NCBI RefSeq assembly: GCF_020085105.1
Contig: NC_058053.1
Coordinates: 24,477,196-24,541,195, forward strand
Length of the DNA stretch: 64,000 nt
Reading direction: 5' to 3'
Source: Siniperca chuatsi
Lineage: Eukaryota
Of this stretch, positions 34,845 through 45,292 are shown in pieces. Within the stretch, counting starts at the first letter, position 1. The number at the start of each line of letters is the position of its first letter. Below the pieces are notes generated by a model. It made no database searches and was not told the origin of the DNA. It saw only the letters and a program-made list of their open reading frames with translations. Both the position numbers and the translations under genes were made by a program.

Positions 34845-35192
34845 CTGGAGCACAAGTATAATTATACATGTTAAGAGGCATAGACGAAGAGGCATGTATA
34901 CAGGCATAGACGTATTGATGTGTTACTGCAACATAATGTAGAACAAGAAAACATTTTTTTTTTTGCCTGTACATACATGCTTTTATTCCAGTTTTTAATG
35001 AAGTTAAAACTCTTAACTTTGTGTTCAAGTGTTCCAAATCAGAATTGAAAAATCAATTTGATTGGTCATCATGATAAACAACCGATCTGTGTCCCATATT
35101 AGGAATGAAAATCAGTTTAGGGACACTTCGTGTAGAGGAAGGCCCTTGTTCTATTTATCTTTCTATCTACATTCACACTCAAACACTCCTAC

Positions 35193-35376
35193 CTCAAACT
35201 CAGAGTGAGTGTTAGGGGTGCGGCGGACCCCGTGCACGCTGTGGTGTCCTTCAGGAGCCTGGGTCAGTGTGAGGTCTTTCTTGTTGACGTCCCTGCACCG
35301 TCCCAATGCCACATCACACACCAACAGCAGCCGAGAGCCATCTGTCTCACTGGGCTTGGAGTATTTCAAACTGGTG
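35193..35376 (-). CDS. PARP4: PARP4 catalytic exon (STSLKYSKPSETDGSRLLLVCDVALGRCRDVNKKDLTLTQAPEGHHSVHGVRRTPNTHSEFE)
   Basis: ORF track 35163-35393 (-). Human STSIKYSHPGETDGTRLLLICDVALGKCMDLHEKDFSLTEAPPGYDSVHGVSQT. Confidence 0.85.
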
Positions 35377-35717
35377 CTGTGGATGGAGGACAAAAGACAT
35401 GCTTACTAAAGATGACTGTGTTGTTGCCATCTGGGTTCCCAGATAATGTAACTGAGGACTGCAGGCTCACTAGTGCAATATTAGCTTTCTTAAAATGTAT
35501 TTTCAAAGACATGCTTTTGAAATTATTTTGGGCTTACTTTGTTTCTTATGATTTAAGGCAATACAAGAGTAACTTGTTAAGTTCAAGTTAAGGACAAGTT
35601 AACTCATATGTCTCATGTTAGTGGACCCATTTTTGTATGGGTAAGTTGGTGTTATATGTCAAAACAAGTTGACAATTTTTACAGAATAAACCTTGTCAAT
35701 TTCAGATTTTCTACTAA

Positions 35718-35817
35718 CCTGATGGCATCACTAAAGTAGATTCCACTGCCCAGATTACCAACATCTGTTCTCTCTATCCCATGATGCTCCACTCCAACAC
35801 GGGGCAGCAGCAGACCA
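35718..35817 (-). CDS. PARP4: PARP4 catalytic exon (GLLLPRVGVEHHGIERTDVGNLGSGIYFSDAI)
   Basis: ORF track 35679-35861 (-). Human GLLLPKVVEDRGVQRTDVGNLGSGIYFSDSL. Confidence 0.85.
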
Positions 35818-36454
35818 CTGAAGAGAAAGTGAAAATACCGAGTTACAAAATAAAAGTCCATGTAAGATTTCTTAATTGTTCAGTTGAAGATGTAGACCTG
35901 CACAATAGTGTAACTGTCAGGCTGTCAGCATTACTATGCAGAATATTGATTAACTGATTTAAATTGTGTATATGCTAAGAAGTGAGCTATTATATAAATC
36001 TGTCACTACATCCAGTATTTTTGCAGTCTCAGCTCCAAATAGCACTAGAGGGTTACTACTTGAAAATGTATTTATTCATCCATAATCCCTGTAGAGTGAA
36101 AGCTGCACTTAATCAAACTTACAGCCAATGACCTGGGTAGTCTATAACTTAATTTTTTTTTTTAAATAAACCCAAAAGAATATATTATGTTCCTCTGGTG
36201 GTGTACTGGCTTTTGAAATCTCAGGATGCTCAATTAGTTAAAATGGGAGGCTCTTCTTCAGTGCAATCCCACTGTGTGTTTTAGGCAAAAAGAAAATAGG
36301 TCAATTTTTACCACCAAAATTTTCTATACAATATGTAAACAAATACAGATATTATTAGATACATGATATTACAAATATATATTCAATAAATGGTAAGACA
36401 TTTTTATCATGAAAATTCTAGTATTCTAGTGTATTTGTGTGTGTGTGATCTCAC

Positions 36455-36586
36455 CGAGACAGGACTCCCACAAAGTTGCGGGGGCTGGAGGAATGGAGGA
36501 GGGGCTTAATGTTCCCGAGCTCGCTCTTAAACGTCTGAAGCTCCACCCCTCTGCTGACACGCAGAACCTGTTGGATCTGCACCTTG
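36455..36586 (-). CDS. PARP4: PARP4 catalytic-domain exon (SKVQIQQVLRVSRGVELQTFKSELGNIKPLLHSSSPRNFVGVLSR). Contains H-S-S where PARP H-G-S is expected
   Basis: Hand translation. Human VDVLQIFRVGRVNETTEFLSKLGNVRPLLHGSPVQNIVGILCR. Confidence 0.8.
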
Positions 36587-37014
36587 CTGCAAAGCACAGA
36601 TGGAAACATGGGCACTAAGGCTTACTACTATTTACAACAAATGGATTGAATGGCACGTCCCTGTGACTTTATATAAAGCCTTTGGTAAATAATGTACTAT
36701 CTGTATTTCCTATGTCTTGAGAAGAGGAAAGGCTAATTAAGCTAAAACTGCATTATATACCTCCAAACACTCTTTGAACATTTACTGGGTTCTTTATTAG
36801 ATTGTGTGACAACTGTGGTATTTGCTGGTAGATTTGTGACAATAAATGGCCTTAAATAGGAACACAATTAACAGGTGGTGTGCATTTATACCAGCAACAG
36901 GTTTTGTGAAAAGCAGTGTGTGTTATTGGGGTTAGAAGCACTGTATCACTGCAAATGGGTTCTGCTTTCCACCAGAATATCGGACATACAAGCATTTCTG
37001 AGGCGGTGCGCTAC

Positions 37015-37166
37015 CTGTCCTGCAGCAGAGAGGTCACAGCCTGAAACTCGGAGCTGCTGGAGGGAACCGTCTCAATGCTGCATCTCAGAGCACGGTACTT
37101 CCCCAGACAGGAAGGCATTGGGCTTCTCAGAGTCATCTCACTCACGTTCAGAACATCTCTGATTAA
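37015..37166 (-). CDS. PARP4: PARP4 exon (LIRDVLNVSEMTLRSPMPSCLGKYRALRCSIETVPSSSSEFQAVTSLLQD)
   Basis: ORF track 37011-37280 (-). Human LIRDMVNVCETNLSKPNPPSLAKYRALRCKIEHVEQNTEEF. Confidence 0.85.
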
Positions 37167-38051
37167 CTTGACAAAGAGAAATGATCGTGTATATGTTAAC
37201 CTGGATATGCGCAGGGGACAGTGGTGACTTGGGTTTATGAATGTGAGTATGTGGGGCCTCAAACAATACATTTTTTGCATTTATCATATATCAATATTTT
37301 GTGGTCAAACAGTAAAAGTGTGCTATTGTGCTACACTCTAGAATTGTTTACAACAAAATAAGCCAAATGAGTTCATATCATTTGATAATAACAGAGGTTT
37401 TAATTACCATACAATAATTTCAATTAACACAAATCCAAATATTTAAAATTTTAATGCATGTACATTCTCTTAAACTTCAAATGTTGAAGAACTAAATGGC
37501 TTTAGAAGCCCAAGAGGTCAGAGAAAATTTTCAAGCATGTCATCCCTCAACTGAAAAGAAAACATGACAATCACCTCAAACAATGTGGTAGTTTAACAAT
37601 ATCAGATTTTAATCTTATCTAAACTGCCACGCCTTAGTGTGTGTTTAAGAGTATTTATCAGCGTTAATCAGACACACCATTCTACCTACTAATTGTATAC
37701 AGTATATACTATATGCTAATTGTCTTAGTATACTGTTTTTGTAGTTAGTTTACAAAAAACCCAATATACTTAAATGTGTTATACTAAGAAGGAATGATAC
37801 AATATGTATGAGTATGTTGAGTATGCTTAATTTGGTCATTTTTTCCAGTGTGAACACACCACAGACTCAAAACCCTTAGATTTAGTGTGTAGCATGGATG
37901 TAAGATACAGCTAGCGTGTGTGCACATGACAGACCTTTTAAAACATGAGTGTTTGGTTCTTTATGTCTATATGTCTGTTATGTGTATCTGTCATAGTGCA
38001 TGTACTCGTATCCACGTGTTCGTGTTTGTGCATCTGCGTATGTTGTGTTAC

Positions 38052-38219
38052 CTGACAGAGGTCCAGTTTCTGAGAGATGAGCTTGGCATTGGGAAGAAAC
38101 TGGGGCGCTTGGTGTGGTAGCAGCGTGTAAACCTCAGCCATGAGAGACGCCGCCTCAGTATGATTTGCCTCCCTCAGCTTCCTCTGAGCTTGAAGCAACA
38201 AGCCCTCCACCCTGCTCAC
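38052..38219 (-). CDS. PARP4: PARP4 exon (VSRVEGLLLQAQRKLREANHTEAASLMAEVYTLLPHQAPQFLPNAKLISQKLDLCQ)
   Basis: ORF track 37938-38219 (-). 168 nt with gtaaca donor. Human VSKAEGILLLVKAALKNGETAEQLQKMMTEFYRLIPHKG...KKADLCQ. Confidence 0.85.
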
Positions 38220-38388
38220 CTACACACACACACACAAGACATGGAGCACAAGTGCAATTCGAATGAGATTCATGATTAGAAAGTCTTTCCTGAAAGGTGA
38301 AACAAACAACAGGCTGATGGGACAGCTGATGTTGTTTTCAGTAGTTTGACAGCAGACTGAGATTTTGCAGAACAATCCAAAACCTTAC

Positions 38389-38526
38389 ATCATTGAGGCT
38401 GAGCTTATCGATCGAAACCCTGAGGATGTTGCCAAGGCAGCCCAGGGCCTCGGTCCACAGCAGCTCCACAAATACGCCCACTTCCTGTGATAAGCTTCCT
38501 GTGTTCAGCTTCTCCTCCAGCAGCAG
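38389..38526 (-). CDS. PARP4: PARP4 exon (LLLEEKLNTGSLSQEVGVFVELLWTEALGCLGNILRVSIDKLSLND)
   Basis: ORF track 38338-38541 (-). Human ALLLEEVMNSSTLSQEVSDLVEMIWAEALGHLEHMLLKPVNRISLND. Confidence 0.8.
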
Positions 38527-39259
38527 CTGCCAGTCAAACAAGGCAAATGAAAATGAACTGATCAGTTCATTAGATTCGGCTAGACAAATGTCCAGCAGCA
38601 GTGACTCCTAAGGCTTCAGATATAATAACACAATTTCTAGCTCAAAATCCTGCTAACTAAGATATTATTGATGTGTATCAGAAATACCTCAGAACATGTG
38701 TGCAGCGCATACTGTAAACCTTATATTTTTTATTTTAGGGTCAAAGAAACACTGACATTCTGGTATATTTTGATGGGTTGCTTTTAAAGTTGGTGATCTA
38801 GTATGTGATGCTTACTAAGGCTACCACAATATCAATATAGTTAGTCACAGATATGCAAACCTCAAGACAATTAGGTAGTGTAATGTATTATTAGAATTTG
38901 TATTGTATTTTTTATTACGGTGACTATTATTATATTATATAATAGATCATTATCAACCTTAAATATACACTATATACTATTAATGTGTCATATTATCAGG
39001 AAATTTTGTAAATTAACTGACTGGGCATGAATTATTGAAAAAAAAATACAGCTACTTGAACACGTGATGATAAAATTATGCAATTATGCTAAAAAATACA
39101 ATGCCTTGCAGCAAACCAGGGAACTGCATTCTAAGTTACAGTACAGTACCCTTCTCATAATTGCCTGCAGCTTTATTTTTCTTGCTTTGGAAAAGGACTG
39201 TCAGCAAAATGTGTAAACTACTACTATTACTAAAGTAATGTGCAGAGAGTGTGTCGGAC

Positions 39260-39418
39260 CTGCTGGAGGGGGGCGGAACCCAGGTCCTGGGCCTGCGGAG
39301 GGATGTTGCTCCTCAGCTGCAGACCAGTAGCCTGCAGGGTCTCTATCAGGGCCTTGTACACCTCCAGAGCTTCCTCTGAGGTGGACAGAAACACCAGCAT
39401 ATCCCTCACCGCCGCCTT
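39260..39418 (-). CDS. PARP4: PARP4 exon (KAAVRDMLVFLSTSEEALEVYKALIETLQATGLQLRSNIPPQAQDLGSAPLQQ)
   Basis: Aligns to human ...EDASEYFENYIEELKKQGFLLREHFTPEATQLASEQLQ. 159 nt, phase 0. Confidence 0.75.
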
Positions 39419-39818
39419 CTGTTAGCACAAACACAGGTATGTGTTTTTCTGTTTTCCCAACAAGTTAACCTTCTATCCAAGTCTGACTTGAGTCCCAAAT
39501 TTTGATTAGTTGTTACTCTGATGGGGCTAAAAATGGATGACTCTTACTTGAGAACCTGGGTGATCTGGTCTCATTGGACAGTTTAGTGTCTTATGATGGT
39601 CTAAATGCGGTCTCAGAGGCTTTTTCAAACTGATGAGGAAATTCTGAATACTTGTGCTTACACTATTTTGGTATACAAATTGAAACAAAAACCTTACAAT
39701 TCCACATGGGTTGAACAATACTGAAAATACCTTTTAACTTCAGTTTACTTCTACAGCATAATACAATGAACATCACAGGAAATTATTACAACAAACACAA
39801 ACAGCACAATATATATAG

Positions 39819-39824
<6 letters not shown>

Positions 39825-39882
<58 letters not shown>
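39825..39882. repeat. (AT)n microsatellite (~29 units), in a PARP4 intron
   Basis: Direct. Confidence 0.95.
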
Positions 39883-39884
<2 letters not shown>

Positions 39885-40007
39885 CTGAAATTACGTTTTG
39901 TTTGTTTTCAAAATCGAGCTCACAAAATTATTATATTTCCCAATTGCTAACATGTCATCTGTGAGCTGACATGCAGTACAAGCAGTAATATACAAAAGAC
40001 TTCATAC

Positions 40008-40112
40008 CTTGGCTGCTACATCATCCTTCCAGTACCTGACCACACGGTACTGCCGTCCTTTCTCTCCTTTGAAACTCTGCAGCTCCAGCACACACCAGGT
40101 GTTGCTATTTAT
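40008..40112 (-). CDS. PARP4: PARP4 exon (INSNTWCVLELQSFKGEKGRQYRVVRYWKDDVAAK)
   Basis: Hand translation. Phase 0 in and out. gtatga donor. Confidence 0.6.
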
Positions 40113-41640
40113 CTTGAGAGAAATGTATATTATTAATAATAGTAATTCTAGTACTACTGTAATGGCAGTGGTAGTAAGCTAAAATTAAATTGCAGCTTTA
40201 CCTTTTCAAAAATCGAATACTTGGCCACTTGAAAATTATCCGGATACGTTGGAAGATCAGAATCAGTTTCAGTATAATGTCTGTGAAAATTTAACAATTG
40301 AAGACAAAAATGCAAAGATCAATGACATTTTATTTATTTTATTTGGGAATACGTTTTTCTGCAGAAATGCTTATGAAAACTAAATGTTGACTTAGTTTTT
40401 AAACTCTTGTAGTGTGTTTTCTCCAGTTGTTTCTACCACCATGTGACAAAGGTATGTGATAATATGGTTATTCTACCAGAGGTGTGTGGGTGAAGAAAAG
40501 GAAGGAAAATTATCCATTTTCTTTTGAAAATTATTCTTATGGTGGGCTGCCTGTGAGTGTGTGAAAGCTACTCTCTTTAGTATTATAATAAGTCTATAAT
40601 AAGTCTTATAATACGTCTTTGACTGAAGGAGCAGGGAATACTCAAAGATATACAGGAATAGGCTGTCAATCAGCTTCATAAAGGCCTCATCTGTCTATGC
40701 CAAAAGTGTCACACTATATTTACGATGCCAAATAAATGCTTTAACCATCTTTAAAATTAATAAGATTTTGTTGTATGGCATTGTCTCCTAATCCCCAGTG
40801 TTAATATAACACACTACTGTGCATGTCCAGGATGATCGTTGTTCACACCTGAACTTTCCCAGGACGTTTCCGCTCCTCTCCGGACTCTTTGCCCTCTGAG
40901 GCGCGCCAACTGCTTTGCTTGTTGGTACTTTGGACACTACAATGCACAAGGCAGAACACATATACATTAATAACACACCCAACCTCTGGTATGCATTTAA
41001 ACACACAGGCTATGTAAGCGAGGTGACATATGGATTCCTGAGAAGGATCATGAGTCACTGTGTTGGAAATGGGTGGAGTTCTGATTTCTGGTTCAGCCTG
41101 TCTGTCCTCTGTAACTGGCTGACACAGTACAAACAAAGTGAATGATTAGCATTTTACATTGCCACATCTCTGATTGCACAAACAGTGTACAAACCCACAC
41201 TGCATAATCTGCACATTTTAAAACAACCCAACTTTAATTTTTAATTTATTTTAAAGTTCGATACATAAAAAGATAAATAACGAGCATTTACAAATATCAG
41301 GGTTAGGGGTAGGCGTGCTGCAGTAACAGGGATCAATAAAGCTCGGATTTGCATAGCCCTGTAGCCACCGACAGTTTAGTTTTGGAGCCAGCGTTGGTGA
41401 TGTCCTTTTCTTTGGAGTTTGGTAAGTTTACTTTGAGTTTGGCGCTATTTTCCTTTGCCTATCCAACCATAGCAGCCATTGCTACTCATGCTAACTAGCC
41501 AATTTTTCTATTTACTACAAACAAACGAGAAATGTAAAATTTAAGATGCATCCATTAGTGAATTTTAAAGACTTCCTGGATCGAGATTGATCAATATCTA
41601 TGTGCTTTTTGGAAACAATTACTGCTTATAAGAATAATAC

Positions 41641-41866
41641 CTTGATGCAAGAGTGGGCTTTGCCTCTGTGAGAAGAGAGGAAGAGGAGGTGAAAAAGTGG
41701 AGAGAGAGGAAGTATCCAGCTTGTATTCATCCACAGGCAGAAGAACTCCTCTCTGCAGACAGCTGTACACATAATCCACCCCGACCACGGGCGTTTGGTA
41801 TTTTTGAATGCTACGCAGCCTGTTGGTGCTCAGGTTGGACACATCACTGGTCACTACCAGAGAGCA
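41641..41866 (-). CDS. PARP4: PARP4 BRCT-domain exon (CSLVVTSDVSNLSTNRLRSIQKYQTPVVGVDYVYSCLQRGVLLPVDEYKLDTSSLSTFSPPLP...). 3' boundary uncertain
   Basis: ORF track 41591-42025 (-). Acceptor 'ttcccacag'. Aligns to human CTHIILDNADVLSQYQLNSIQKNHVHIANPDFIWKSIREKRLLDVKNYDPYKPLDITPPP. Confidence 0.6.
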
Positions 41867-42052
41867 CTGTGGGAAATGAAGGCAGAAATCAGAAAGCAAG
41901 TTGTGATTTTTGTTACTGTATATGAACATATCCAACGCGCAGAAGTGCCCTGGAATCAGACAAAATCTAGGAGGCAGCAGCATGCATTGCTGCCATGGTG
42001 TCTTACTGACATACAGAATAATCATGAATGCTGAATCTACATTAATAGTACA

Positions 42053-42800
42053 TTGAAGAAGGATATCACCGCCAGAGAGTCAGCTCCACCCCACAATGTC
42101 ACTGGCCTGATCCGTAAGGCCAGTGACATTGTGGGGCTGGAGCTGGACTCTCTGGCGGTGGTGTCAGAGAGGAGGATGCTGGCCAAACATGCCATCTTGG
42201 ACAGTGTCTCCCACCCTCTCCATGACGTGCTGTTCAAGCAAAAGAGCACCTTCAGCGGAAGACTCATCCCCCCACAATGCACCACAGAGCGCCACAGGAA
42301 GTCATTCCTGCCTGTGGCCATCAAACTCTTTAACTCCTCCCTCTAAGGGTTAGTCTGTATGACCCTAGGTCACTAAACTGGACATTGATCTTTACATCTC
42401 CGCCATAATTGAATAATTGTGCAATATTCTGTGTACTACTCCCATGCAATATTAGTTTTCCCATGTTAGTTTTTCCTATTTATTGTTATTGATATTATAT
42501 ACCTCTATTACTCTCAACAGTACATGCACCTCTGCTTATTACTTATTACTTATTTTGTTACATTGTATTATTATACTGTACTATCATCATCAACCGGTAA
42601 GCCCACTTGGTACTCGACACTTAGTTTATCTTATACTTATACCCACCCGGTACCTAATTTATTCTCTGACCTGTTTTTATAGTGTTTTTATAGTGTATCA
42701 TATTGTTTGCTAGTACTTTCTGCTGTGTGAACTGACGTAAAGGCAAGCTACTGTAACAAAGAGTTTCCCTACGGAGATCAATAAAGTATTTCTGATTCTG
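42053..42800 (+). mobile_element. Non-LTR retrotransposon 3' end (ORF2 tail ...SVSHPLHDVLFKQKSTFSGRLIPPQCTTERHRKSFLPVAIKLFNSSL*, 3'UTR, ctgattctgat tail); copy 3, inside PARP4 intron 1, antisense to the gene
   Basis: ORF track 42053-42346 (+). ~90% identical to 2305-2870. Confidence 0.7.
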
Positions 42801-42883
42801 ATATTTAGTTTTTAATAAAAGGCCTTAACCAGCCTGATATCTCTGCAAACAGTCATGCCTGGTACTAAGGAACATCCTCTGAC

Positions 42884-43009
42884 CTCTTTATTGACCACAA
42901 ACAAAATGTGGCCTCCATTCTCTGTTACTGCTGACTTCAGCTTCTTCTTCTCCGTGTAGGGCAAATTCCTCAGCTCCAAAAGCACAGAGCAGTTCTCAAA
43001 CACAGCCAT
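42884..43009 (-). CDS. PARP4: PARP4 exon 1: MAVFENCSVLLELRNLPYTEKKKLKSAVTENGGHILFVVNKE
   Basis: ATG at 43009. Aligns to human MVMGIFANCIFCLKVKYLPQQQKKKLQTDIKENGG. Donor gtcaga. Confidence 0.75.
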
Positions 43010-43849
43010 GCCTGTCAGGAGTGGACACACCCAAAGAAGTTAAATTTAAATAAATAATGCACACACCTAAAAGAGGATTGCTGGGAAACAAATACGGAAG
43101 TAAATCCACAGAACTACGCTGTACAACAGCCGAAAGGAAAAGAAGAAGACGCTGTACAACAAAAAAAAAAAGTGCAAAACAGGCCACGATGTGAAAGTAT
43201 CTGAATAAAAATGTAACTTATAACGATACAATCACATCGGGGTGCACTGGAAACAGCATAACTGTACATAGGCCTAAATATAGGCCTATGTACAGTTATG
43301 TACATGTTTTCGACGTATATTTTTCATATAACGACTATGGAAAAAAATAAAGACACAAAACAATCAGAATTAAACAATTCAGAAAGTAAGCAAGAAAGTG
43401 AAGGTGTCCCAAAATGTCGAATGAAATGTTTGATATGCATTTTAAAAATCATTTGGATAATTGTACAAATTAACAACATAGTAACAGCTATTAGCTAACG
43501 TTAGATGAGACGTAAGGTTATCTAACGTCTGGTTAAATAAAGAAACTGAGGTTTACTTTACTGTTAACATTCATGCGATACTTCTGCAGGTTGCTGTCAG
43601 AAAGTAAAAGCTGACGTTAGTTCTTGTATCAGACGAAGCACTGAAAAACACAGACTACTTCTGTCAGGTTAGCATAAAGCTAGCAGCGGAATCGTGTCGT
43701 CTTCCGGTGCGTGTGTTCATGTTTTCAAAATAAAGGTCGCGACGTCAACGTGAAATGAAGGATCTTTCACAATAAACTCCCTCGCTATCATAATGAACAA
43801 CCAGTGGTGAAAGAAGTTCTCAGATATTTCACTTAAGTAAAAATAGCGG

Positions 43850-44760
43850 TGCCAAAGGGTATACATACTCTTCTTCTTTTCCTTTCGGCTGTTCCCTTTC
43901 AGGGGTCGCCACAGCGAATCATGTGCCTCCATCTAACCCTGTCCTCTGCATCCTCTTCACTCACACCAGTTAACTTCATGTCCTCTCTCACTACATCCAT
44001 AAATGTCCTCTTTGGTCTTCCTCTAGACCTCCTGCCTGGCAGCTCCAACCTCAGCATCCTTCTACCAATATATTCACTGTGTCTCCTCTGAACATGTCCA
44101 AACCACCTCAATCTGGCCGCTCTGACTTTATCTCCGAAACATCTAACATGAGCTGTCCCTCTGATGTCCTCGTTCCTGATCCTGTCCATCCTCGTCACTC
44201 CCAAAGAGAACCTCGACATCTTAAGCTCTGCTACCTCCAGCTCTGCCTCTTGTCTTTTCTTCAGTGCCGCTGTCTCTAAGCTGTACAACATCGCTGGTCT
44301 CACCACCGTCTTGAACACCTTTCCTTTCATTCTTGCTGATACTCTTTTATCACACAACACACCTGACACTTTTCTCCACCCGTTCCAACCTGCTTGCACT
44401 CGCCTCTTCACCTCTTTTCCAAGGTCTCCATTGCTCTGAACTGTTGACCCTAAGTACTTAAAGTCCTGCACCTTCTTCACCTCTGCTCCCTGTAACCTCA
44501 CCGTTCCACCTGGGTCCCTCTCATTGACACACATGTATTCTGTCTTACTGCGGCTAAGCTTCATTCCTCTGTTTTCCAGAGCAGACCTCCATCTCTCTAG
44601 ATTTTCCTCCACCTGCTCCCTGCTCTCACTACAAATCACAATGTCATCCGCAAACATCATAGTCCATGGAGATTCCTGTCTAACCTCATCTGTCAGCCCG
44701 TCCATCACCAGAGCAAACAAGAAGGGGCTCAGAAAAGCCATGCATTTAAAAAATTCTACT
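43850..44760 (-). mobile_element. 5'-truncated non-LTR retrotransposon: reverse transcriptase C-terminal half (FADDIVICSESREQVEENLERWRSALENRGMKLSRSKTEYMCVNE...RWRHMIRCGDP), ~0.8 kb upstream of the PARP4 start
   Basis: ORF track 43899-44741 (-, 280 aa). The FADD motif (YADD variant) and RT thumb are recognisable. Clade not assigned. Confidence 0.85.
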
Positions 44761-45175
44761 TAAATAAAAATACAAAAGTATTGGCATCAAAATATACTTG
44801 AAGTACCAAAAGTAAAAGTAGAGTGGTCCATTTCAGAATTATTTATATTATATCACTGGATTATAATTATTGATGCATTAAGCATCACTTTAATGATGCA
44901 GCTGGTAAACTTATCTTAACCTATAATAATGCATCATAATACATATTTGTTGATTATGTTTTGTATTATTAGAATCTGCAAAGTAACTAGTAACTAAAGT
45001 TATCAATTAAATGAAGTGGAGGTAGAAGACAATGTTTGCCTCCGAAATGGAGTAGAAGTATAAAGTAGCATAAAATGGAAATACTCAAGCAAAGTACAAG
45101 TATCTCAAAATTATACTTAAGTACAGTACTTGAATAAACGTACTTGAAGTAGTTGAATGCATCAGAAATCCTTCT
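44760..45175. repeat. Copy of the 'tacttaagtaaaagtac' repeat family
   Basis: Same motif words. Confidence 0.45.
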
Positions 45176-45212
45176 GTTGTTTGTACTTTAAAACTGAATT
45201 AAATTCATTTAA

Positions 45213-45292
45213 CTTTCATAAAGTGTCAAAGTGTCAGTGACACTTTGACACTTTATGAAAGTGTCAGTGACACTTTCATAAAGTGTCAAAAT
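45213..45292. repeat. Near-perfect long palindrome, or nested inverted repeat, built from 'ttcataaagtgtcaaagtgtca(g)tgacactttgacactttatgaa' and a second half-copy. Strong hairpin/cruciform potential
   Basis: Direct: 45213-45261 is a perfect 49 bp odd palindrome centred on g45237. 45262-45290 repeats one arm again. Confidence 0.8.

Larger units (their letters stand above)
20739..43009 (-). other. PARP4: Gene span: PARP4 (vault poly(ADP-ribose) polymerase, vPARP) ortholog. >=31 coding exons resolved
   Basis: Hand-translated exons align collinearly with human PARP4 across BRCT, PARP catalytic (GLLLP..VGNLGSGIYFSD..LLL(V/I)CDVALG..DDE(Y/F)VVY), VIT (FPLDD.AAVCGFEAFINGKH; VGNLPP), vWA (LLLD.S.SM...LL(L/V)SDGH) and the MVP-binding C-terminus (EDGFWELT...; ...QYP..Y.RLEFG). 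Intron phases are consistent through 27 consecutive junctions. Confidence 0.9.

Noticed and set aside
40843-41136. 97-aa minus-strand ORF as a confirmed PARP4 exon
   Set aside because: Only its 3' end (…GKVQ|) fits the gene model by phase and donor. The upstream peptide is non-conserved, so it is left as an unresolved region rather than called.
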